Assembly: GCA_963702095.1 (NCBI GenBank)
Contig: OY969706.1
Coordinates: 832,001 to 896,000 of the forward strand
Direction of reading: 5' to 3'
DNA length: 64,000 nucleotides
Source of the DNA: Candidatus Bathyarchaeota archaeon
GTDB lineage: Archaea; Thermoproteota; Bathyarchaeia; Bathyarchaeales; Bathycorpusculaceae
Shown piece by piece: positions 21,428 to 28,922 of the stretch (positions are counted from its first letter, which is position 1; every line of letters begins with the position of its first letter). A model generated the notes under the pieces. The model saw only the letters and a list, made by a program, of their open reading frames with translations. It ran no database searches and was not told the DNA's origin. Both the position numbers and the translations under genes were made by a program.

Positions 21428-21592
21428 TTATTGCATCCAGTTTTGCCCGGCTTTCCGTTGCAGAATCGTACGTTTTTCGTAGTTGCGTCTGTTCCGGTTT
21501 TTGGGGCTTGGAGCTGTCCTTTCTTGAGCTGTGACTTTTGGGGTTTGAGACCTTACTTTTCCAGCTTTTGAGAGTGAACCGTGAGTTGGCAT
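21428..21592 (-). CDS. rps30e: 30S ribosomal protein S30e
   Basis: My translation: MPTHGSLSKAGKVRSQTPKVTAQERTAPSPKNRNRRNYEKRTILQRKAGQNWMQ. Not in the ORF track. Confidence 0.95.
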   Translation of the reverse strand: MPTHGSLSKAGKVRSQTPKVTAQERTAPSPKNRNRRNYEKRTILQRKAGQNWMQ

Positions 21593-22395
21593 ATTTTACA
21601 CCTTTTGCACAATAAGCAGAAACGGTACACTTAAACCTTTACCCATCAAAAGAGAAGACAGCCGCGCCAAAAAAAGTGGAATGTTGACGGCTAAACGCCG
21701 TATGTTTCCACCCTTGAAATTTTGTATAGGCCAGGTCTAAGCCTTACTGTTGACGCAGCCCACCAAACTATGTCTTGGCCGCAACAGATTCTTTGTGCTG
21801 CTTGGAATCTGCTGCTCATAGCAGGATGCTTCAACACTTAGCAATGTTCAGCCCAAAAAGGCAATGTTTTGGTCGCGTGCCAATCTTTCGCTGTTTGAAT
21901 CAGCACGCATCAATGCCTTAATGCACTGCTTCTAAAGCATGCTCCCTGACCTACACAAACGTTAGAGCCTGACTAAGTAATAAGTTTTGCGACAAATCTA
22001 CACCAAAAAATAGCAATTATGTATAATATGATACATTTAAGACTTCAAACACAATTTCGCCGTCACCACTTACAGAAGACATTGACCGTTTACTGAGTTA
22101 CAATCAAATGTTGGCGACGCAAGTCTTCCCGCTGCTTCTGTTCCCCTCGAACGCGTCGATCACGCTTATCAACCTCAGCGTTAAACCGCAAATCCTCATC
22201 CAAATGCCAACTAGCACGACGTTCCCGACGATGTATCTCTTTCGCGTCATAACGATTTTCAGCCATCCTCCAAACGCCCCTAAAGAAAAAGTCGCAAACA
22301 GAAATTTATCACTTTTTAGAACCACTTTCTGCTCAGTCAACCTTCTGCTTTTTTATAAAGTATAAGCGTTCATACATGGAAGAGGAAGTAACCGG

Positions 22396-22686
22396 ATGGA
22401 AACCGAATATGAGGGGGTCCCCAGAAACAAGATTTCATGGCACCCCATTATAGACTATCAGAAATGCGTCAGTTGCGGCAAATGCGTCGACTTTTGCCAC
22501 TCGAATGCCTTCGGAGTCAAAGAGGAGAAGGGTAAAAAGAGAGCTATTATTAGAGACATAGATGCATGTGTGGTTTTCTGTAGAGGTTGCGAAGACATTT
22601 GCCCCGCTGGAGCCATCAGTCATCCCTCAGTAGAGAAAACTCAAGAAAGCATTGACAAGTTTAAGGTAGAGTCAAAGGCTGATTAG
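22396..22686 (+). CDS. 2[4Fe-4S] ferredoxin-like protein
   Basis: CVSCGKCVDFC and CVVFCRGCEDICP. Confidence 0.9.
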   Translation: METEYEGVPRNKISWHPIIDYQKCVSCGKCVDFCHSNAFGVKEEKGKKRAIIRDIDACVVFCRGCEDICPAGAISHPSVEKTQESIDKFKVESKAD

Positions 22687-22865
22687 CGGAAAAAAGTTTT
22701 TTCCTTAAGTAAGAAGGAGTCAACTGGCCGCTAAAGCGCTTGAATCGAATTCAAACTTTCAACCGATCTAAAGATTAAGTATAAAAGTTGCCGCCATCAT
22801 ATTTTAATGTAGAGTGGTTTCATAGCTTATAATTTAGCGATTGATTCCGTTTTAAAGGTGGAAAA

Positions 22866-24002
22866 ATGGACTCTCAGATTTGTTCTAAATGTGTTTTAAC
22901 TAGCGCTTTTCCTAGAATAAACTTTGACAGCAAAGGCGTATGCTCCGTCTGCCATGCATACGATAAATGGTGGGGAAACTGGAACGCCGAGAAACAGAAA
23001 AAAAGCCTCATCCTACAGAAAATCTGCAAAACAGCCAAAAACAAGCACCGAGAGTTCGACGCCTTGGTTCCCCTATCCGGCGGCAAAGACAGCACTTACG
23101 TCTTGTATGTTGCACAGAAGAAGCTGGGGCTGAAATGTTTAGCTTACACATTAGACATAGGTTACCTCTCAGACCACGCCAAAAGAAATGTCGAGCAGAC
23201 CTGCAGGGCGCTGGGAGTGGAACACTTGTATTATCGCTTGGACCAAGAGCTCACTAACCAGTTGTTTAACGTTTTTATGAAAAAGACTGGTTGGTTCTGC
23301 TCGGTGTGCATGCGTGCCATCCAAATGTCCACTTTCCGGATAGCTGAGATGTTTCAGGTTCCTCTGATAATAAAGGGCAGTTCAATGAGGACGGAGTTGC
23401 CGCTTGCCCGTGAAATGTTCCAAGGTGGCGACCCAGCACACGTTCAGAGGGTCCTAAAAGATGAACCTATCGCCCATGAATGCCGACGTTTACTTGATAG
23501 GGGAGCGAGCTTTCAGAGAAGAATGGGTTACATGATGTTTTTGATGTCTGGACAGAAAAAGCTGCGCTCCTATGCATACTTTAACTTGGCAGACTATGCT
23601 GAATGGGATTACGACTTAATCCAAAAGACCATTCGCAGCGAATTATCTTGGACATCCCCCCAAGAAAGCGAACACATGGACTGCATCATTCACCCCATCC
23701 AAAAATACATTCACAACCGGCGATTCCCCAACCTGGAAATGCAAAGATTAACCTACGCCCGACTCGTCATGGCGGGGTTCATGAGCCGTGAAGAAGCCTT
23801 GCGTAGACTGGAACAGGAGCCAAGCTATAAGGTCCCAGAAGATACCATGAGCCTTTTTCTCAAAAACATCGGTATGAACCGTGAAGAATTCGACCGCTAT
23901 GTGGATATGGGTCCACGACACCTCCAGTACCACCCCAACCCCGGTGTAGCGTTGAGGTGGGCAAAGAAAATTTTTCCGATACCAGACGCAGGCACATACT
24001 AG
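22866..24002 (+). CDS. N-acetyl sugar amidotransferase-like PP-loop ATPase (WbuX/WbpG-like)
   Basis: ICSKCV...GVCSVC, PP-loop SGGKDS, HMDC, G.MSREEAL. Confidence 0.85.
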   Translation: MDSQICSKCVLTSAFPRINFDSKGVCSVCHAYDKWWGNWNAEKQKKSLILQKICKTAKNKHREFDALVPLSGGKDSTYVLYVAQKKLGLKCLAYTLDIGYLSDHAKRNVEQTCRALGVEHLYYRLDQELTNQLFNVFMKKTGWFCSVCMRAIQMSTFRIAEMFQVPLIIKGSSMRTELPLAREMFQGGDPAHVQRVLKDEPIAHECRRLLDRGASFQRRMGYMMFLMSGQKKLRSYAYFNLADYAEWDYDLIQKTIRSELSWTSPQESEHMDCIIHPIQKYIHNRRFPNLEMQRLTYARLVMAGFMSREEALRRLEQEPSYKVPEDTMSLFLKNIGMNREEFDRYVDMGPRHLQYHPNPGVALRWAKKIFPIPDAGTY

Positions 24003-24090
24003 TCGCGGCACTACGGTTTTCGGGTTGACTCTACAGGTGTATTTATCAGTAAGGGTTAATTTGAACATCTGCAACTATCGTAGATTACGC

Positions 24091-24175
24091 GCAGGGGTCG
24101 CCGAGCCAGGTCAAAGGCGTAGGCTTCAGGAGCCTATCCTGCAGAGGTTCGTGGGTTCGAATCCCACCCCCTGCA
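24091..24175 (+). tRNA. tRNA-Leu(CAG)
   Basis: Acceptor stem GCAGGGG/CCCCTGC-A, anticodon arm TAGGC-TTCAGGA-GCCTA, long variable arm, T-arm GTGGG-TTCGAAT-CCCAC. Confidence 0.96.
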
Positions 24176-24366
24176 CTTCAACGTGAACCCCTGTTGTGGA
24201 TTGATATGTTTCTGTTCTGTGTTCTGGTTCATAATTCTTAACCTTCTCAAACAACCGCTTTCTATGTCTGATTTCCTTTAAGATTTCTTCTAACAGGTTT
24301 ATTCAAAAAAAGGTTTTTTCCTGCTTGAAATTGTCAGTTCTCAATAAACGCTCGAAATTCAGCTCT

Positions 24367-24714
24367 TTAAAGAGGTTTGAAATCATCAAAATGAATCAAG
24401 AGTTCATTAATCATATCCACATATTTAGTAGCCATGCCTGTTTCGTTAGAAGAAACAAAACATAGATTGCCTTTGTCGCCACTATGGAAAGTGATAATTT
24501 CAGTTTGAAAACTACGCTTAATAACAAGTTGTGTTAGATCAGAATACCCTTGTGATTGAGGGTAAACTTCTAAAATATCGCTCAAGTGTATTTCTCGCTC
24601 AATCGTCTTTTTGTGGAGAAAAAGTAACCGCTTATTGGTTATGCAAAGGTTTCTATGCCTACCAATCACTCCTCCGTCAAAAATCACTTTCTCTTCAGAC
24701 TTAATATAATCCAT
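24367..24714 (-). CDS. Hypothetical protein, PH/GRAM-like domain
   Basis: EEKVIF...NLCITNKRLLFL...EIHLSDI matches a bacterial-PH-like pattern. Confidence 0.65.
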   Translation of the reverse strand: MDYIKSEEKVIFDGGVIGRHRNLCITNKRLLFLHKKTIEREIHLSDILEVYPQSQGYSDLTQLVIKRSFQTEIITFHSGDKGNLCFVSSNETGMATKYVDMINELLIHFDDFKPL

Positions 24715-24862
24715 AGCAAACCCCGATTTCCTTGTTGCCGATGAAACATTTAGATTTATACGCGTATTATTCAGCACAGACAGAGTGAGTTTTCGCTAAA
24801 GTAGGGGTTTTATTACTATGACAAGGTAGCAGCGCGCTAAATCGCTAAACCGATTGGAGAAA

Positions 24863-24988
24863 TTAGCTGTCTATTAGATGTGCAGTGCCGTCTGGGCAGT
24901 AGACTTTGTCCCAAACTTGGGCTTTTTTAAAGCGCTCCTTACATTGGGCTAATTGAAGTGCGCATCCTTCACAATTTTTACTTAACAG
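24863..24988 (-). CDS. Small CxxC...C...CPDGTAH metal-binding protein, paralog 1
   Basis: LLSKNCEGCALQLAQCKERFKKAQVWDKVYCPDGTAHLIDS. GAGGTG upstream. Start is CTG at 24988 or GTG at 24997. Paralog at 28146. Confidence 0.75.
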   Translation of the reverse strand: MLSKNCEGCALQLAQCKERFKKAQVWDKVYCPDGTAHLIDS

Positions 24989-25110
24989 ACAAAACACCTC
25001 TTTTAATTTAATTAGATAAATACTGGATGGTTCAAAGAAATAAATATTGTCTTATAAAGATACATTTTCTAAAGTAAGATTTCGTCCAAATTCGTAATCC
25101 CCTCCACCAC

Positions 25111-25314
25111 TTTTGGAAAAATGTGTTTGGTATGCACCGGCACACCCACATGCCGACCATTCCAACATGGACCCATGCAGAGCATGTGGAGAAAAACACA
25201 CTTCCCACACCAAAACAGACGCCAAAAAACAATGCTTCCCCAAAAAAACAATCACTCACACAACCTTTCTTGTGGTGCCCCGTAAACTGCCACACCCACA
25301 TAAAGAGAGAGAAC
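25111..25314 (+). repeat. Dispersed structured repeat, family C copy C2
   Basis: CAACATGGACCCATGCAGAGCATGTGGAGAAAA...CCCACAC-N61-GTGGTGCCCCGTAAACTGCCACACCCACATAAAGAG. Confidence 0.85.
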
Positions 25315-25490
25315 ACAAACTGTTAAAAAAGGGGATGAGGCGGGCGATATCTCACTGAGTTGCGGGTTCGAATCCCTTTTTGACCCTTCGTGTTAGATTA
25401 ATATGAATAAAAATAGCAAAATAAGATGAAAAAAGAGTCTTTTCGGTGGTTCGCCGAGTCTTTGTTACTTGAGCAGAAACGTTGCGTAAA

Positions 25491-25709
25491 CTATACTTCG
25501 TTGTAGAGGTTGCATTTTGGGCACTTTAACACGACATTCTTGAATTTTCCTTCGATGATAGTCTCGCCTATCTTTGCTCCGCAATTGCCACATAGATAAG
25601 TAGTGTTACCGCCCTTGTTTTTTATTACTGGCAACGTTTTAGATGCATAAACGGTTGTTCCCTTTTTTGATTCGGGTATAACATTTAATTTTCTGTCCAT
25701 TTTATCCAC
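25491..25709 (-). CDS. Small Zn-ribbon protein
   Basis: YLCGNCG...LKCPKCNLYNEV. Confidence 0.75.
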   Translation of the reverse strand: MDKMDRKLNVIPESKKGTTVYASKTLPVIKNKGGNTTYLCGNCGAKIGETIIEGKFKNVVLKCPKCNLYNEV

Positions 25710-25844
25710 TTACTCGGGTTTAGTTGGTTTGACTCAGATTAAAACTTTATTGCTTATCGATCCTTCAACGGGAAGGCCCCAAAACATTGAGGAAAACAAA
25801 ATGTTGACGATATAATAGGTTCGAATCCCACCCCCTGCACCTTG

Positions 25845-26045
25845 TTTTTGAAAATGCGTTCGGCATGCAACGCCACATCCACACGTCAACCAATCCAACA
25901 TGAACCCATGCTGGGCATGTGGAGAAAATCACTCTTCCCACACTGAAATAACAATAGGAATTCAGCCCAAACCCAAAAAGCAATCCAATTCTCAAGCAAT
26001 CTCGTGGTGCTCCGTAAACCGCCACCCACATAAAGTGAGAAAAAG
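25845..26045 (+). repeat. Dispersed structured repeat, family C copy C3
   Basis: CAACATGAACCCATGCTGGGCATGTGGAGAAAA...CCCACAC-N60-GTGGTGCTCCGTAAACCGCCACCCACATAAAGTG. Confidence 0.85.
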
Positions 26046-26143
26046 AGGGTTAGGTGATGTAGGGGGTCTTTTTTTGTTTTTTTGGTTCTCTGGGGGAGTC
26101 ACCCCAGGTTAGGAGCCACTGGTTAGGGTCCGAAGAGAGGGGG

Positions 26144-26239
26144 TTACGGGAACATGGTGACTTCGGTGAACTGCGCGCCCTTAGCATCCTTACAGGCGGC
26201 AAGCAAATTCTTAAGTAAGTCATCGCTCCAATCACACAT
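26144..26239 (-). CDS. Putative 31-aa peptide
   Basis: MCDWSDDLLKNLLAACKDAKGAQFTEVTMFP. ATG preceded by GGGGGAGGAGG. Confidence 0.45.
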   Translation of the reverse strand: MCDWSDDLLKNLLAACKDAKGAQFTEVTMFP

Positions 26240-26538
26240 AATCCAAGCCTCCTCCCCCAAAGAATCAGTAGCTACCCAACGCAAAAATAATCCCCAACCG
26301 CCAACCCCATCACCGGACAACTCTCATCAACCTCCGCATAACCCCAACCATATGCACCCTAAAAACACCCGCCCCCCAAATCACCAAAACGAACCCCATC
26401 CACAAACACCCACAAAAACCCTCCAACAAAGCTGCTTCCCAAACCAAACACCAACAAAAAAACCACATCACCAAAACAAAAACTGTACACCCGTACAACA
26501 ACCCTGCAACATAAGACAGCACCACACAATACTTATAT

Positions 26539-26556
26539 TTAAGTCTTAAGACTTAA
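26539..26556. promoter_or_regulatory. Perfect 18-bp palindrome upstream of ftsZ (candidate operator)
   Basis: TTAAGTCTTAAGACTTAA equals its own reverse complement. It abuts a TATA-like CTTATATT. Confidence 0.55.
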
Positions 26557-26557
26557 G

Positions 26558-27664
26558 ATGTATATATCTAAGCGGGGGATTAATATCTTAAACGAACAGC
26601 AAGAAAATGTGTATCAAGAAACTCCATTTGTTGAGACTCAAGAGGAAAAGATTGAGAAATATGCCAGGATGGCGGTGCCGACTGTTGCTGCCGTTGGTTT
26701 AGGTGGCGGTGGTTGTAACGTTATTAGCTGGTGTAAGGAAAAAGGGATTTCTGGTGGTAAGTTGGTTGCGGTGAATACTGATGCTACGCATCTTCGGATT
26801 GTTAAGGCGGACAAGAGGATTCTGATCGGCGAGAAGATTACTCGCGGGTTGGGTGCTGGTGGTTACCCTGAGGTGGGTGAGCGTGCTCTGTATGAATCAG
26901 CGAACGAGGTTATTCATGAGTTGACTAAGTCGAACATTATATTCTTGGTTGCTGGACTCGGCGGAGGCACAGGCACTGGTTCAATCGTTGGTTTAGCTGA
27001 TGTTTTGCGTAAGAGATTCGCAGACGCTCCAATGGCGCCTTTGATCGTCGGCGTCGTCACCTTGCCGTTTGAAGTTGAAACTGCAAGAATGGCCGCAGCT
27101 AAAAAAGGGTTGAGCCGCCTCAAATCAGTATGCGACTCAGTTGTGGTCATCGACAACAACCGACTGGTCAAAGTAGCAGGCAACCTGCCCTTCAGAGAAG
27201 CCTTAGGCGTCGCCAACACAACTGTGGGCAAATTCGTTAAAGGCGTAACAGAAACCATCACCACAGCGAGCTTAATCAACCTCGACTATGCAGACCTCAA
27301 AGCAATCATGAGCGGCTCCGGCTTGGCATCCATCGGCATCGGCGAAGGCAGCGGCGAAAGCCGCGTTGAAGGCGCAGTTGACAAAGCCCTAAACGGACGA
27401 CTCTTAGACATCGAAGACGTAACCAAAGCCAAAGGACTCCTAATCCACGTCTCAGGCGGCGAAGACCTAACACTGAGCGAAGTCAACCGAGCAGCAGAAA
27501 TCATGAAACGCAGCCTGCCACCAAACGTAAAAATCATTTGGGGCGCACGCGTTGACCCAGAACTCAAAGGCGCAGTCTCAGTCATGGCAGTCGTCACCGG
27601 CGTCGAAAGCGCATTCCTCAAAAAGAGCGAAAAACACATCGGCAGACTAAAATTCAACCTCTAA
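26558..27664 (+). CDS. ftsZ: Cell division protein FtsZ
   Basis: VGLGGGGCN, AVNTD, GLGAGG.PEVGE, AGLGGGTGTG, IDNN, INLDYADLKAIM, IIWGARVD. True start may be slightly downstream. Confidence 0.96.
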   Translation: MYISKRGINILNEQQENVYQETPFVETQEEKIEKYARMAVPTVAAVGLGGGGCNVISWCKEKGISGGKLVAVNTDATHLRIVKADKRILIGEKITRGLGAGGYPEVGERALYESANEVIHELTKSNIIFLVAGLGGGTGTGSIVGLADVLRKRFADAPMAPLIVGVVTLPFEVETARMAAAKKGLSRLKSVCDSVVVIDNNRLVKVAGNLPFREALGVANTTVGKFVKGVTETITTASLINLDYADLKAIMSGSGLASIGIGEGSGESRVEGAVDKALNGRLLDIEDVTKAKGLLIHVSGGEDLTLSEVNRAAEIMKRSLPPNVKIIWGARVDPELKGAVSVMAVVTGVESAFLKKSEKHIGRLKFNL

Positions 27665-27685
27665 ACCCAAGTTTAGAGCTCAACA

Positions 27686-27706
27686 ACTTTTTCTTTTCTT
27701 TTTTGT
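27686..27706 (+). terminator. T-rich archaeal terminator after ftsZ
   Basis: CTTTTTTCTTTTCTTTTTTGT, about 20 nt after the stop codon. Confidence 0.5.
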
Positions 27707-27756
27707 CTATAATTCTATCACCAGTTCTCAAACCAACATATCACAGAACACAACCT

Positions 27757-28010
27757 GTTCTTTCTCTTTATGTGGGTGTGGTGGCTTATGGGATGCCACA
27801 AGAAGGCAGCAGAGAGCGGTTGCTTTTTGCGGAAGCATTGTGTTTCGGCTTCTGTTTCGGTGTGGGATAATCGATTTCTTGCACACATGGTGCATGGTTC
27901 TATGTTGAAGCGGTCGGGATGTGTGTGAATGCATGTATCTTTTGTCTTTTTAGCGTGGCAGTGAATGGTAATGGTCAGCGCATTGCAAGCGGACACTAGC
28001 ATAGCCCAAG
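27757..28010 (-). repeat. Dispersed structured repeat, family C copy C4
   Basis: TTCTCTTTATGTGGGTGTGG...TGCCAC-N60-GTGTGGGA. Shares a distal CACTAGCATA.CCCAA with C1. Confidence 0.85.
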
Positions 28011-28145
28011 TCATGGCAACTTCTGCCAGCTCTCACTTCCAACCCAACCGAACCAAAAAACCTCAGGATATCCCTCTTCTATGGGTCACTTAAACAAAAA
28101 AAGCGTATGAAAGAATACTTAGGCTATTCTTCCTTGTTTGGGTAC

Positions 28146-28280
28146 TTATGCTAGGCTTGCTTCGTCAACCAGGTGCGCTGTGCCGTCTGGGCAATAAACT
28201 TTTTCGCCCAAGTTGACTCTGCGGTATCTTTGCATGCAGACCCGTATTAGTCCGCATCCGTCGCAATCTCGCGAAATCAC
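28146..28280 (-). CDS. Small CxxC...C...CPDGTAH metal-binding protein, paralog 2
   Basis: MISRDCDGCGLIRVCMQRYRRVNLGEKVYCPDGTAHLVDEASLA. GGAGTGA RBS upstream. Confidence 0.8.
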   Translation of the reverse strand: MISRDCDGCGLIRVCMQRYRRVNLGEKVYCPDGTAHLVDEASLA

Positions 28281-28418
28281 TTATGTTTCACTCCTCTCCC
28301 TTCGCGGATTGGATAGACAGGGTCATGAATGGATTTAAGTTATTTTACATCTTAGTGCTGGGTGCTGCGGTAACCTTAAGTGGGGGCAAACTGTTTTGGC
28401 TCTTGGAAATCGGTTGAA

Positions 28419-28922
28419 ATGGATACCCTAGCCTTTGCAAACCTGGTCTTAGACGTAGCCAGCATAGTAAACTTTATTGCTCTTCTTTGGATGCTGCGGG
28501 CAATACTTAAAAACCGAAATTACCTAAGAGGCTTCAGCGCGATAGGGTCTTTTTTAACTTTCATATCATTGGTGGGGTTTGAATTGGCTTATCACCTGTT
28601 GGGAAACGTGGTGGGTTTCGCTTTTGGCTTAGGAACCGTGTCTTTCTGGTTCATCGTATTTGTTTACACTCTCAGACAGGAACTAAGAGATCGAAAAAAA
28701 ACCAGTCACAGGCGCTCAACTGATTGGAAACTGAATCTTGAATTGTGTACCTTTGCCTTCGGTGCTTTCAAAACCTATGGAGCCGCCATGCGCCTCGATG
28801 ACGCGTTTGCACACGGCCAGACCGAACCCTTGTCCCCGTGGTTTAGTCGTGAACAATGGGGTAAAAATCTGGTTTCTTATTTTTTCAGCTATGCCGACAC
28901 CGGTGTCTTGTACAGTGACTGA
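28419..28922 (+). CDS. Hypothetical 3-TM membrane protein
   Basis: First ~95 aa are hydrophobic. The 3' tail overlaps the kinase gene, so the real end may be near 28720. Confidence 0.6.
   Translation: MDTLAFANLVLDVASIVNFIALLWMLRAILKNRNYLRGFSAIGSFLTFISLVGFELAYHLLGNVVGFAFGLGTVSFWFIVFVYTLRQELRDRKKTSHRRSTDWKLNLELCTFAFGAFKTYGAAMRLDDAFAHGQTEPLSPWFSREQWGKNLVSYFFSYADTGVLYSD

Larger units (their letters stand above)
24154..25840. mobile_element. tRNA-Leu-anchored islet bounded by a 23-bp direct repeat (attL/attR-like), no integrase
   Basis: GGTTCGAATCCCACCCCCTGCAC at 24154-24176 and 25818-25840. AT-rich cargo. Confidence 0.75.

Noticed and set aside
21600-22365. Possible genes or ncRNA between rps30e and the ferredoxin
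   Set aside because: Only short overlapping ORFs with no recognisable motif. It may be a decayed gene, but I cannot support a call.
24154-26045. CRISPR array or integron
   Set aside because: No regularly spaced identical repeats, no cas or integrase gene, and no attC core boxes recognised.
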